A stretch of 64,000 nucleotides of DNA, from positions 3,005 to 67,004 of the forward strand of contig CAMJZF010000001.1 of assembly GCA_946410125.1 (NCBI GenBank). The letters run 5' to 3'. Each line of letters starts with the position of its first letter. Position 1 is the stretch's first letter. Below the pieces are notes generated by a model that worked only from the letters and a program-made list of their open reading frames with translations, was not told where the DNA came from and made no database searches. Source of the stretch: an uncultured Prevotellaceae bacterium. GTDB taxonomy: Bacteria; Bacteroidota; Bacteroidia; Bacteroidales; Muribaculaceae. Below are positions 9,581 to 20,204 of the stretch, one piece after another. A program made the translations under genes and the position numbers.

Positions 9581-10150
9581 ATGGCACTAAAGAGACAACA
9601 CAAAACATTGTCGATGTTTAGCATGGCTTCGATGACCGATGTCATCTTCCTGCTGCTCATCTTCTTTATGGTGACTTCAACCTTCGTCTTCCCATCGGCG
9701 ATGGAGGTGAACTTGCCACAAAGTAGCCAGCAGACCGCCATCAAGCCCACTACGCGCATCTTCATCGACAAGGACATGAACATGTTTGCCACTCAGGGCG
9801 ACTCTATCACAGCCGGCGACCTCAAGCCGCTGCCTGCCGACCAGCTCTACGGCTTCCTGCAGGCTGTAAAGCAGAGCGACCCCACTCAGTTTGTCGCCTT
9901 GCATGCCGATCAGGACGTGCCCTACGGCAAGATTGTCGACATTCTCGACAAGGGTTCGAAGGTGGGCATCAAGGTGGTGCTTGCCACCAAGCCCGCAAGC
10001 GACAGCTATGCCAGTCCCGAACCCGAACCTGAATCCGCATCAGAGCCTCAGGTTGAAGGCACTACTACAGTGACCGAGATTCCCGCCGGGCAACCGGCAC
10101 CGCAGGTGGGCAATGCGCCTGAGCCTGTGACTACCGTCACCGTGCAATAA
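9581..10150 (+). CDS. exbD: ExbD/TolR protein with Pro/Glu-rich tail
   Basis: SMTDVIFLLLIFFMV, LHADQDVPYG. Confidence 0.92.
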   Translation: MALKRQHKTLSMFSMASMTDVIFLLLIFFMVTSTFVFPSAMEVNLPQSSQQTAIKPTTRIFIDKDMNMFATQGDSITAGDLKPLPADQLYGFLQAVKQSDPTQFVALHADQDVPYGKIVDILDKGSKVGIKVVLATKPASDSYASPEPEPESASEPQVEGTTTVTEIPAGQPAPQVGNAPEPVTTVTVQ

Positions 10151-10167
10151 TCAAAACAACGACTTAA

Positions 10168-11046
10168 ATGGCTAACAATAACGACAATAGAAATAAAGCT
10201 CTCTCGCTGCTCCTCACCTTGCTGATGGGTGCCGGAATCGTAGCGTTGCTGCTCTTCACGAGTCTGCACTACGATTATCCTCCCAAGGATGCCGAGCTGC
10301 AGCAGCTGCTTCAGGACTCTATCGTCTTTGGCGGTGAAGAATATGTCGCGCTGGGCGACCTACTGGAGCCTGTCAACAGCGATGACATGGCTCCCAACGG
10401 CGAAGACACTCCGCAAGAGAATGAAGCGGTCGACGACGACTCCCCACAGGACGTGGGGCAGAACGACCTCAAGGACCAGGGAGCCATTGATGAGCCTCCC
10501 AAGCCGCAAGTGGCGCGCACCCAAGAGTCGCCCATGAAGGTTAAGGAGCAACAGCCCAAGAAGCCACAAGCCGAGAAAAAGACCGAGCAGCCTGCTCCTG
10601 CGCAAAAGAAAGCCAATCCCAAGGAACAGACAGCTCCCAAAAAGACCGAGAACCCCAAGCCGGCAACTCCTGCCCCACCAAGCGAGGCGAGCAACCGCAT
10701 CAAGAATGCCTTTGGCAACAAGGGTGGCTCAGGCAGTGGCAAGCAGGGCTCGCCCAACGGTTCAGAGAACAGCAGCACCGTGGGGCGGCCTGGAGTGGGT
10801 GGTCTCGACGGTTACACTCTGGCCTATTTCCCCACTGCAAAATGTCCAGGTCCTGGAACAGTGGTGGTAAGGGTAACGGTGAGTCCCACAGGACATGTGA
10901 GCAACGCCACGGTAACCGGTGGCTCGCTGCGTTCCAATTCACGCGCCTGCGGCATCTGCCTGAACCTTGCACGCCAGTCGCGATTCAGCGTCCCCAAGGG
11001 CCAGAACATAGAACGCTCAGGCACCCTCACTTACACTATCAGGTAG
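10168..11046 (+). CDS. tonB: TonB family energy transducer
   Basis: N-terminal TM, Pro/Lys-rich linker, C-terminal GTVVVRVTVSPTGHV...GTLTYTI; follows exbBD. Confidence 0.75.
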   Translation: MANNNDNRNKALSLLLTLLMGAGIVALLLFTSLHYDYPPKDAELQQLLQDSIVFGGEEYVALGDLLEPVNSDDMAPNGEDTPQENEAVDDDSPQDVGQNDLKDQGAIDEPPKPQVARTQESPMKVKEQQPKKPQAEKKTEQPAPAQKKANPKEQTAPKKTENPKPATPAPPSEASNRIKNAFGNKGGSGSGKQGSPNGSENSSTVGRPGVGGLDGYTLAYFPTAKCPGPGTVVVRVTVSPTGHVSNATVTGGSLRSNSRACGICLNLARQSRFSVPKGQNIERSGTLTYTIR

Positions 11047-11047
11047 T

Positions 11048-11096
11048 GAAGAGGGAAGAGGGAAGAGAGAAGAGAGAAGAGAGAAGAGAGAGGAGA
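11048..11096. repeat. Heptamer tandem repeat GAAGAG(A/G) x7
   Basis: Read directly, immediately after the tonB stop. Confidence 0.85.
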
Positions 11097-11132
11097 GAAA
11101 ACGCTGCCAAATCAATTTGACAGCGTTTTTTT
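11097..11132. terminator. Bidirectional intrinsic terminator
   Basis: AAAACGCTGCCAAATCAATTTGACAGCGTTTT plus T-run, between convergent genes. Confidence 0.75.
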
Positions 11133-11172
11133 TGTTGACCTTCACTATTATATATGTCGTGCATGCTGAAGT

Positions 11173-11565
11173 CTATCCACATGCTTCTTTACTCATGTCT
11201 GCAATCATTCTTTCGATTACTTCCTTCATCTTTGGCACATCTTGTTGCACAGTCAGGAACACGACATCGGTGTCAATCTCGAAGTAGTGGTGGACTATTT
11301 TGTCTCGCATGCGCATAACGCCGCTCCAATAGACTTCGGGATATCGAGGCAACAGCTGACCATGTGTCAGCTTTTCAAGTCCCTTCACAGCTTCACCCAA
11401 GGCTATCAAGTTCATACATATAGCATCAAGGCGCATCATGCCTCCTGGCGAACAAAGCAGTTCGTTTGGGTCAGTGACCACAGAGGCACGTTCCAGAATA
11501 GTTTCGATAGCCTTGCGAATCTTCAGCAAGCTGTCCATTACAATCTCATGGTCAAACATAGACAC
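11173..11565 (-). CDS. hepT: HEPN/DUF86 ribonuclease toxin (HepT-like)
   Basis: RDKIVHHY matches the RX4HXY motif; overlaps MNT gene. Confidence 0.88.
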   Translation of the reverse strand: MSMFDHEIVMDSLLKIRKAIETILERASVVTDPNELLCSPGGMMRLDAICMNLIALGEAVKGLEKLTHGQLLPRYPEVYWSGVMRMRDKIVHHYFEIDTDVVFLTVQQDVPKMKEVIERMIADMSKEACG

Positions 11566-11845
11566 CCTCCTCCTGTATGCGTTGTTTTAGAAGACTGTTC
11601 ATGCCGTCACGGATGCGCACCAAATCGACTCGACTTTCAAGAAGCTTCTCCAAGTCGGTCTGAATAAGGTCGAGCGTGAGTAGCGTCGGCACACGTCCCT
11701 CATAGCACACGTCCACATCGCTGTCCTCATTATGCTCATCACGAGCAACTGAACCAAAGATGCCCAGACGTGTCAGCCCATACTTGCTCTGTGCCGTAGG
11801 CTTGTAGAGGCTCAGCAGGTGCAGTATTTCACTCTTCGTCTTCAT
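11552..11845 (-). CDS. mntA: Minimal nucleotidyltransferase antitoxin (MntA-like)
   Basis: GSVARDEHNEDSDVDV matches GSX10DXD; 97 aa. Confidence 0.88.
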   Translation of the reverse strand: MKTKSEILHLLSLYKPTAQSKYGLTRLGIFGSVARDEHNEDSDVDVCYEGRVPTLLTLDLIQTDLEKLLESRVDLVRIRDGMNSLLKQRIQEEGVYV

Positions 11846-11990
11846 ATATTGCTTCGTTTTTATAGTTTAACGTTGCAAATTTATAACTTTTTTGTGAGAT
11901 AATGTTCGTTTTGCTATCACCTTTTGGTTATTATTAGGTAAACATGGCTCACTTTGCATACCCTGCTTGGTTCGTTCTTACAGATTTAAA

Positions 11991-12716
11991 TTATTTTGTC
12001 AAGAACTTGCTGTTGATGTAGGCATTGAACTGGTCGCGGTAGCTGTCGCCAATGGGAATGTCGATGTCCTCGCCAAGCACAATGCGGTTCCTGCTCACTT
12101 CTTTTATCTTCTTGAGGTTAACGATATAAGAGCGGTGCACACGCATGAAGCTGTTCTTGGGCAAGCGTTCTTCCATCTTCTTCATGCTCAACAGCACAAT
12201 GATGGGGCGTGAATTGTCCTCAAGGTAGATGCGCAGATATTCGCTCATCGCCTCCACATAGCGGATGTTACCAATGTTGATGCGCACGATTTTATATTCC
12301 GTCTTGAGGAAAATGGCGTCATCTTCATCAATTTGGCTAACTTCCTGCAACTTGCGCTGTGCCTCATAACGCTTCCTTACCTTCTCGGCGGCACGCAGCA
12401 TCTCATCAAAGCCAAAGGGCTTGAGAAGATAGTCAACGGCATTAAGTTCGAAACCCTTGACGGCATACTCACTATAGGCAGTCGTAAACACCACCATTGG
12501 TGGATTATCGAGCGACTTGACGAAGTCAAGGCCATTGAGTTCGGGCAAGTTGATGTCGCAGAACATGGCGTCAATTCTTTCTTTTTCAAGCAACAAGCGT
12601 GCATCAACAGCACTCTGGCATGAAGCCACCAGCTCCAAGTAAGGGATTTTCTTTATAAAAGCCTCCATTTGCTGCAATGCCAGAGGCTCATCATCGATTA
12701 TAATGCAACTAATCAT
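11991..12716 (-). CDS. LytTR family response regulator
   Basis: REC domain plus FMRVHRSYIVN LytTR motif. Confidence 0.93.
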   Translation of the reverse strand: MISCIIIDDEPLALQQMEAFIKKIPYLELVASCQSAVDARLLLEKERIDAMFCDINLPELNGLDFVKSLDNPPMVVFTTAYSEYAVKGFELNAVDYLLKPFGFDEMLRAAEKVRKRYEAQRKLQEVSQIDEDDAIFLKTEYKIVRINIGNIRYVEAMSEYLRIYLEDNSRPIIVLLSMKKMEERLPKNSFMRVHRSYIVNLKKIKEVSRNRIVLGEDIDIPIGDSYRDQFNAYINSKFLTK

Positions 12717-12766
12717 TTTTTGGGGTCCTTTATTAATTATGCTTTGAATATTTTGAATTAGCTATT

Positions 12767-13948
12767 TCAAGATGGGGCGCCTGTCTTGACAGGAATGTCC
12801 ATTTCTATAGCATACTCCTCTACACCGTCGTTGATAGTGAGAGTGTAATTGTTGCCAAACATAAGGTCGAGGCGACCCTTGATGTTAGAAAGTCCCACAC
12901 CGCTGGCTTCGTTAACAGCCTTGGCACTATCCGACTTGATGTGCTTGCTGTTGCGGCAAGTGTATTGAAGCCGGGTCTCACCGTTATCACTTGTGTAAAC
13001 ATGCGACTTGATGTCGATAAACGATTCCTTGTTGGGACACACGCCATGCTTAAAGGCATTTTCCACAAAAGAAATGAAAATCAAAGGCGGAATCCAAATG
13101 CCCTTGCCGTCATCATTGTTGTTGACGGTAAATCTTAACTTATCGTTAAAACGGATGCGCATAAGCCTTACATAGTTCTCCATGAACTCTACCTCCTGAT
13201 AGGCAGGGACATATTCGTGATCGCTCTCATACAGGATATACCGCATTAGCTTCGACAAGTCGATGATGCACTTTTGAGCTTTCACAGGGTCTATATCCAC
13301 AAGGGCATGGATGTTGTTGAGAGTGTTCATGAAAAAATGCGGGTGAAGCTGATAGCGAAGCTGAACAAGGCTCTGCTTCAGGTTCTCTTTCTCAAGCTCC
13401 TCCAACTGCTTGCGCGCTCCAATCGACAGGAAATAGAACTTGATGCCTATGTTGGTGCCTATGCCAAAGAGGAACAGCACCATCGATATAATATCGTGAC
13501 GGCGAATGGGAGGAGGTGCCACAGGCTTCATATTTTCACCAGGCGGCGCAGGCGGCATCTTGGCGCCAAAGTCTATTTCGCTTGGCTTTGGTGAAACCTT
13601 GCCGGCTCTATTCATCGATTCATTTAAAATGCGCGGTGGCTGGCTGGGACGGCCGTTGCATTGATACAGCATGAACACGCAGGCAAGTGCCACCACCCCC
13701 AGGAAATAGTACCACGGTTTGTGCTTGTAGACAAGCAATGGAGCAATAAACACATCGTGAATGGCAAAGGCAATGACATAGACGATAATTGCTTTCCAAC
13801 TGTTAAGCAAATCATGCCACAGAAACTCGGTGTCATCAATTTCGTGGCCATGAAACAGTGTGCTCACTGTGGGTGCCAGGAGAATAATGAGCAGCAATAT
13901 CGCATAAACCAGATATTCAATCCTATGTAACCGCTTTTTCTGTTCCAT
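12767..13948 (-). CDS. LytS-type sensor histidine kinase
   Basis: QLHPHFFMNTLNNI, VENAFKHG, GVGLSNI; N-terminal TMs. Confidence 0.92.
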   Translation of the reverse strand: MEQKKRLHRIEYLVYAILLLIILLAPTVSTLFHGHEIDDTEFLWHDLLNSWKAIIVYVIAFAIHDVFIAPLLVYKHKPWYYFLGVVALACVFMLYQCNGRPSQPPRILNESMNRAGKVSPKPSEIDFGAKMPPAPPGENMKPVAPPPIRRHDIISMVLFLFGIGTNIGIKFYFLSIGARKQLEELEKENLKQSLVQLRYQLHPHFFMNTLNNIHALVDIDPVKAQKCIIDLSKLMRYILYESDHEYVPAYQEVEFMENYVRLMRIRFNDKLRFTVNNNDDGKGIWIPPLIFISFVENAFKHGVCPNKESFIDIKSHVYTSDNGETRLQYTCRNSKHIKSDSAKAVNEASGVGLSNIKGRLDLMFGNNYTLTINDGVEEYAIEMDIPVKTGAPS

Positions 13949-14313
13949 TGACGTTGATTTTTTATAAATTGCCTGGGGTGAAACTGTATTATTTATATTA
14001 CATGCCCTACAAAGTTACTATTTATTATAAAAAATTTCAACCATTTTCAGCAAAAAAAAGAAAATCATCAGTCAATGCTACATTACCTCACCTTAACGGC
14101 ACTTCTCAATTTCACGCAAGAGGCACAGTTTTACACAAAGTGTAACTAAATGCCGAGCCGGTGATAAGAAAACTCGTTACTTTTTTGTTTGAAATAGATA
14201 TTTGTTATAATTTTGCAAGTGAATTAAAGCCTAATAGCCTATTAGGCCCTATTTGAGTAGGTTCTTTGAAAGAACATGAAAAAAATGACTATCAACAACC
14301 AAAAAACTTGTAT

Positions 14314-15615
14314 ATGAGTATCAAATGCCCTAACTGTGGTCAGACTTTGCCCGACGATTCAGCATTCTGCAACCGTTGCGGCAGTCGCATCGACCTTGAC
14401 GGTAGCAATAGCCGTCGCAACCGTGAACGTGATTATGAAGACTGGAGCGATGACCCTCAGCCCAGGGAGCATCGCTACGACTCCAAGAAGAGCAACAATA
14501 AAACCCTGTGGGTGGTAATAGGCATTGCCGTAGCGGCTTTCATCGCCATTTTTGCCATCAACAAGATGTTCTTCAGCGGCAACAACGACAATAGAGATGC
14601 CGAGCCCGTGAGCATTGTCGACAACAGCAACAGCGCTGCTGCCGATGCCCTGCAACGTGCCCTCACCGACAACAACTATGTGGGCGACGGTGCCCGCATC
14701 GTCTATGCCATGCGCATCTCGGGGAGCGAGCCTGGCAAGAACGACAAGATTATAGGTATCACACATGGCGATTCGTTCTACAAGCTATATGAACTGCTGC
14801 AAAATGGCGAGCGTTGGACCATCGACCCCGAGCACATCAAGACTATCAACACCACGGGATGTGATGTGTCGTTCGACCAAGACAAGCTCAAGGCAGGTGT
14901 CGACATGGTGCCTCAGGCTCCAGAAATAGGCGGCAAGAAATACTTCTATTATGCTTATCTGAGCCAGCCCAGCGGCAACACGAGCATGGCAAGCGTGGTG
15001 ATGAACCTCTATGACCTGGAAAGCCGCACCATCACCTCAACAACCTATGAAGGTACTTTCCAAAACGTTAACGGCGAGCAAGCCATCGTGTGCAACCCCG
15101 CCAGCGGCTCAAGCGAGACAGTGAAGTGGATGAACGAGCAAGCACGCAACTTCATTCGCATCTTGAGTCTCAAGGGCTATGAAGAAAAGCCGGTTGAGGA
15201 ACAAAAGCCTGTAGAACAACCTGTAGAACAGCCTCAGCAAGTCACCGAGCAGCCGACCGAGCAGCCTCAACCCGCAGCTTCAAGCATTGGTGAGGAAAAA
15301 GACAAAGACACCCCAATGTTCAAGAAAGAAGACATTGTAGAAACCAAGCAGGCGGGCAACTACAAGGTGTTCCGTCTCAAGGACGGCAGCGTAGTGCGCT
15401 ATGACCGCTCTACCGGCAAGAACACCAAGATACATCAAGGTGGTGCCGAAGCCATTGGCTTTGAAGATACCGAGAAAGGCATCCTCAACATTCGCAAGAG
15501 TGATGGCAGCCGTGAGCAAATTAACCTCAACAACGGCCAGAAAACCTCTAAGCCAGCTTCTGCCACAAAACCTGCCGAGACCAAAGGGGAGACAAAGCCC
15601 CAGACACAACCTTAA
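14314..15615 (+). CDS. Zinc-ribbon membrane protein with large extracytoplasmic domain
   Basis: CPNCG...FCNRCG, TM helix, PVEQ repeats; ATG at 14314 preferred over 14266. Confidence 0.75.
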   Translation: MSIKCPNCGQTLPDDSAFCNRCGSRIDLDGSNSRRNRERDYEDWSDDPQPREHRYDSKKSNNKTLWVVIGIAVAAFIAIFAINKMFFSGNNDNRDAEPVSIVDNSNSAAADALQRALTDNNYVGDGARIVYAMRISGSEPGKNDKIIGITHGDSFYKLYELLQNGERWTIDPEHIKTINTTGCDVSFDQDKLKAGVDMVPQAPEIGGKKYFYYAYLSQPSGNTSMASVVMNLYDLESRTITSTTYEGTFQNVNGEQAIVCNPASGSSETVKWMNEQARNFIRILSLKGYEEKPVEEQKPVEQPVEQPQQVTEQPTEQPQPAASSIGEEKDKDTPMFKKEDIVETKQAGNYKVFRLKDGSVVRYDRSTGKNTKIHQGGAEAIGFEDTEKGILNIRKSDGSREQINLNNGQKTSKPASATKPAETKGETKPQTQP

Positions 15616-16055
15616 TGGATTTTATAACGCTTGAAAACATAATGGCACGCGATGAGAAAAGCATCTCGTCGCGTGCTTTATATTTACTGCAACAGCCTCT
15701 TGTAGAACAGCTTATCGCAATGCGTGACAACAACGGTGGCGGTGGCGACCTCACCCTGAGTTCGGTTGAGATTGACGAGAAACACAAGGCAGTGCGGGTG
15801 ACAAGTGCCTGCAGCGATGAAACCCGCTGCATCATGGCCTATGGCAACCTACTGCTCACCGCCCTGGGGCACAGCAACTATGGCAACAAGCGCCTGAGGT
15901 CGATAGCCCACTGGTGCTCACAGGGCGAAATAGATAGCCTGGAGCAGGTTCACCTGCTGCTTGAGCGCATGGTGAGCCGCAGCATCTACAAGATGATTCT
16001 CGCTATCATTGCTATAGCCCTCACCATCATGGCACTCGTCCATTATCTCGTATAA
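15615..16055 (+). CDS. Hypothetical membrane protein resembling a degenerate Ser/Thr kinase C-lobe
   Basis: Overlaps upstream stop; C-terminal TM; kinase resemblance by eye only. Confidence 0.5.
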   Translation: MDFITLENIMARDEKSISSRALYLLQQPLVEQLIAMRDNNGGGGDLTLSSVEIDEKHKAVRVTSACSDETRCIMAYGNLLLTALGHSNYGNKRLRSIAHWCSQGEIDSLEQVHLLLERMVSRSIYKMILAIIAIALTIMALVHYLV

Positions 16056-16198
16056 TTCTTTATTGAAATTAACCAAATAAGAAGAAAAACACATTTTCAC
16101 TACCATTTTTTATCGCCAATTGCCTTTTATTTTAGATTTTATCATTAATTTTGCGCTGCTAAAAAGTTGATTGCCGGCGCATCAACTTTTTCCTTACT

Positions 16199-18961
16199 AT
16201 GAACACTATAAAAAGACATATAAAACTTGTACTGCTGTTAACCTTTATCCTTATAGGCTGGGGGCAGGTCGATGCCGTCTTCAAAGAAAGAGACTTTGGC
16301 AAGACCATCGACGTGCTTTGTGCCGAGCTGGAGCTAAAATACAAGGAGCAGAAGGATATCATGCAACGCTATGACCTCAATGCCAAGAAGCAGCACGAGC
16401 TACTGGTTGCCATGATGCAGCAAATCGACCAGCTATCACTCATTCTCTATTCACAGAGCAGCGAGTTTACCTTCGACATGGCCTATGCCTGCCAGCAAGC
16501 TACCGACCTGTATCATAACAACAAAATCATGCACCTGCCTTTCAACAGGATCATTTCGAGGCTTGATGCCGAGGTGGAGCGCTACGACAGTCTAATCTAT
16601 GTCCTAAAGCACATTGCACCTGCCATCGATGACAGCAAGCTTCAAATTTCCACTACCACTACCGGCAATGAAAACACTCTGGCCATCGAGCACATCGCCG
16701 ACAGCATCATGGAAACTCAGCAGGCCACTCACAATGAAAAATATAATCCTAACGCTCAACAGAGCATCAACAATACTATCCAGTCAAAAGATGCTGCCAA
16801 CACCGAGAAAGAAGACCTGTATGTGCTTAACGACCACGAGAAAGAAATTCGCGAATTGTGCCTTATCTATGCTCAGGCACTGCGCAACAACATCATGCGC
16901 GTGAAGCTCAAGATCAACAAGGATAAGGAATTCTACGACGAAGTGTCAGTAAAGCTTAAGTCACTCAACAACTATGCCCTCAAGAAATATGAGGAACTAC
17001 AAAACAGCATCTTCAAGAACGGAGGCAGCAACTACTTTAGTGTGCTGGAATCCTTTGGACGCAATTTAAATCGCATAAAAGCCGAAATCAACGACAAGTA
17101 TGGTGTCTTGCACCGCGACGGAGAGAAAGGAAATATCAAGAGCCAGTGGCGAGGACCCGTCATTGTCATGACATCGGTATTCATCCTCTTTTACATCTTC
17201 ATAGCAACCATTCTAAGCGGCATCGTCCTCAGGTGGTTCCTCCCTAAGAGAATAAGAGAAAAAGAATCCTACAAGAGCAAGCAAGGAGTAATATGGCTCA
17301 CCTGTGGTGTGTTCCTGTTCACGGTGTTTATATCTATTGCCAATACCATCATGCACCACAATTTCATTGTCATGGCCACCGGCATCACCATCGACTACTC
17401 CTGGCTGTTGCTTGTGATACTGATTTCATTGCTCATCAGGCTCTCAAGCAATCAAATAAAGGCTGGCGTAAAGGTCTACACCCCGTTCATGCTCATGGCT
17501 TTTGTGGTGATAGTGTTCCGCATCATCTTCATTCCCAACAATGTGGTGAACCTCATTTATCCGCCATTGCTGCTCTTGTTCACCTTCTGGCAGCTAATGG
17601 TGATAAAAAAGAGGAATACCAAGTTGCCCACCAGCGACGTGGTGTTCTCTATAATTTCTCTCATCACAATGATTGTGAGCTGCATTCTTGCATTCATTGG
17701 CTACACACTGCTGGCTGTGCAAATCATGGTGTGGTGGTCGTTCCAGCTGGCTTGCATCCAAACCATCATCTGCCTCTACGACCTTGCCATGATGCATGAG
17801 AAAAAATATATTCTCAAGCGCATTAAGAGAAATCTCATGTCGTTGCGTCAAAACCGCAAAAAGAAGATGACCGATGATAAAATCTATGCCAAGCTACTTG
17901 AGCAGGCCAAAGCCGGCGACCACATTTCCAGCACATGGGTGTTTGACTTCTTCATCAAGGTGGCATTGCCAGTGTTTGCCGTCATTTCCTTCTTATGGAG
18001 CATTGAGTTTGCAGCCAAAATGTTTGACATGAAGCAGCTGTTGATTAAAATTTTCTTCTATAACTTTATTGACCAGGAAGGGCTGCTGCAGCTCTCGCTC
18101 TACAAGATTGTGCTGGTGCTGGCTCTCTTCTTCCTGTTCTACTATATCAACTATCTTGCTCATGCTCTTTATCGCAAATTCAAGAAACAGAGCACCAAGA
18201 ACGACTCTTCGAAGCGACCAAATTTCACGCTTGCCAACAATATCATTACCATACTTGTGTGGGGCAGCTACTTCATCTTTGCCCTGGTATTGTTCCGCGT
18301 GCCCAAGAGCGGCATCTCGCTAATCTCGGCTGGTCTCGCTACCGGTCTCGGATTTGCGATGAAAGACATTCTCGAGAATTTCATCTATGGACTCTCGCTC
18401 ATGTCGGGACGCTTGAGAGTGAGCGACTACATCGAGTGTGACGGCATTCTGGGCAAGGTGGAGAGCATTGGCTATCAAAGCACACAGATTGTTACCCTCG
18501 ACGGCAGCATCATCGCTTTTCTCAACACCTCGCTCTTTAACAAGAATTTCAAGAACATGACCAAGAACCACAGTTACGAGTATGTGAAATTGCCCGTTGG
18601 AGTGGCCTATGGCGTTGACGTGGAACACGTGCGTAAACTTCTTGTGGAAGAGCTTAACAAACTTGGAGAGCTCACCAATGCTGCCGGGCGTCCTATTTTG
18701 CAAAAGAAGCAGAGCTTTAATGTTTTCTTCAACGATTTTGGAGACAATTCGGTCGACCTCTTAGTTACATTCTGGGTGCTTGTTGAGGAGAAGATTTCTT
18801 TTGTTTACAAAGTGAAAGAAATAATTTACAACACTCTCCAAAAGAATAATATAGAAATTCCTTTCCCACAGCAAGATGTTTACATCAGGAAGATAGTAGC
18901 CGCTAAGGCTCCTGCCACCAAGGCTCCTAAGGCTACTACTGCCAAAAATAATAATAAGTAA
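16199..18961 (+). CDS. Large MscS-family mechanosensitive channel
   Basis: GLGFAMKDILENFIYG, DYIECDG..GKVESIG, NIEIPFPQQD; large N-terminal periplasmic and TM region. Confidence 0.9.
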   Translation: MNTIKRHIKLVLLLTFILIGWGQVDAVFKERDFGKTIDVLCAELELKYKEQKDIMQRYDLNAKKQHELLVAMMQQIDQLSLILYSQSSEFTFDMAYACQQATDLYHNNKIMHLPFNRIISRLDAEVERYDSLIYVLKHIAPAIDDSKLQISTTTTGNENTLAIEHIADSIMETQQATHNEKYNPNAQQSINNTIQSKDAANTEKEDLYVLNDHEKEIRELCLIYAQALRNNIMRVKLKINKDKEFYDEVSVKLKSLNNYALKKYEELQNSIFKNGGSNYFSVLESFGRNLNRIKAEINDKYGVLHRDGEKGNIKSQWRGPVIVMTSVFILFYIFIATILSGIVLRWFLPKRIREKESYKSKQGVIWLTCGVFLFTVFISIANTIMHHNFIVMATGITIDYSWLLLVILISLLIRLSSNQIKAGVKVYTPFMLMAFVVIVFRIIFIPNNVVNLIYPPLLLLFTFWQLMVIKKRNTKLPTSDVVFSIISLITMIVSCILAFIGYTLLAVQIMVWWSFQLACIQTIICLYDLAMMHEKKYILKRIKRNLMSLRQNRKKKMTDDKIYAKLLEQAKAGDHISSTWVFDFFIKVALPVFAVISFLWSIEFAAKMFDMKQLLIKIFFYNFIDQEGLLQLSLYKIVLVLALFFLFYYINYLAHALYRKFKKQSTKNDSSKRPNFTLANNIITILVWGSYFIFALVLFRVPKSGISLISAGLATGLGFAMKDILENFIYGLSLMSGRLRVSDYIECDGILGKVESIGYQSTQIVTLDGSIIAFLNTSLFNKNFKNMTKNHSYEYVKLPVGVAYGVDVEHVRKLLVEELNKLGELTNAAGRPILQKKQSFNVFFNDFGDNSVDLLVTFWVLVEEKISFVYKVKEIIYNTLQKNNIEIPFPQQDVYIRKIVAAKAPATKAPKATTAKNNNK

Positions 18962-19002
18962 TTAACTAAACTCTTAATATAACTTAACTTTTTATCATTG
19001 AC

Positions 19003-20139
19003 ATGACTATTGGATTTGATGGCATAAGGACTGTAGACAAAAACTCACCTTTGAGTTACTACGACAGGCTTACAATAGCTTCACTGGGTATGGAATACCC
19101 ACGTGAGACTTTCATGGTTTATTCTCCCAACAGTACCGACGATAGAGGAATGTCGTGGCTATTGTCGATAGCTAACGTACACAACAAGACTCCTTACAAA
19201 GCTTACAGTAAATGGAGATGGCGCAACCGCAGCGGCATCTATACCGACCTGCATCGTCACGGAGTGAAAGTTTATCACGGCCTTGACTCTATTCTACCCA
19301 CAGGAAAGAATAAGGATAATGTGAAAATGGTAATTACCGTGCGCGACCTCACCTTCAAGCGCTTGATGAGTGACTACTCGTGGTATGACCGCATTACACG
19401 CAACTCACGCATCAGGAAGGCTTGCGCTAAAGCCGACCGCGTGATAGCCACAAGCGAGTTTATCAAGCAGCAAATCATTGACCGTTACGGCACCAATCCC
19501 GATAAGATTGACGTCATCTATACTGCCTTTCGCCAAGAATATGCAACCAGCAAGAAAGATGAAATTTTCCTTAACAACGTGAAGAATAAATATCACATGC
19601 CTTCACGGTTTATACTGGCTATTACCTATTTCAACTCGCTTAGCAATCTCGAGACACTGTACAGGGCTTTTGCAAAATTGGAAGACAAGAAAATAGATCT
19701 GGTTTTAATAGGTAGGAAAAACGACAATTACCGCAAGCTCAAGCGACTGGCGAGCGAACTCGGCATCAGCGACCGCATTGTGAGAGTGTCGTCGGTCAAC
19801 AAGCACAACTTCATGGCATTATATGCACTTGCCAAAGCTTTTGTCGACACTTCAATTGAAGATGGTATTGGGCAAACTGCCATTGAGTCGATGATAATAG
19901 GCACTCCAGCAATTATCAGCGACAGCGGATGCCACCGAGAAGTGGGTGGTGACGCAGCTCTATATTTCAACCCCAACGATGACAACATGCTCGCAAAACA
20001 CATCAATACTGTTCTCAATGACGAGGCCAAAAAGCAAAGCATGATAGATGCCGGCATTAAGCAAGCCGAGCAATTTACCCAGCAAGCCATGGCACAAAAC
20101 ATCATGCACACCTATAACCGCGCTCGCGGCAGGGAATAA
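19003..20139 (+). CDS. Glycosyltransferase family 4 (GT-B)
   Basis: DGIGQTAIESMIIGTP variant of the EX7E motif, ADRVIATSEF. Confidence 0.85.
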   Translation: MTIGFDGIRTVDKNSPLSYYDRLTIASLGMEYPRETFMVYSPNSTDDRGMSWLLSIANVHNKTPYKAYSKWRWRNRSGIYTDLHRHGVKVYHGLDSILPTGKNKDNVKMVITVRDLTFKRLMSDYSWYDRITRNSRIRKACAKADRVIATSEFIKQQIIDRYGTNPDKIDVIYTAFRQEYATSKKDEIFLNNVKNKYHMPSRFILAITYFNSLSNLETLYRAFAKLEDKKIDLVLIGRKNDNYRKLKRLASELGISDRIVRVSSVNKHNFMALYALAKAFVDTSIEDGIGQTAIESMIIGTPAIISDSGCHREVGGDAALYFNPNDDNMLAKHINTVLNDEAKKQSMIDAGIKQAEQFTQQAMAQNIMHTYNRARGRE

Positions 20140-20169
20140 TCACACGCATTTAAAAAACATTATTATACT

Positions 20170-20204
20170 AAAAAACTACTGATTTTTTCAATCAGTAGTT
20201 TTTT
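20170..20204. terminator. Bidirectional terminator
   Basis: AAAAAACTACTGATT-TTTC-AATCAGTAGTTTTTT perfect inverted repeat between convergent genes. Confidence 0.85.
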
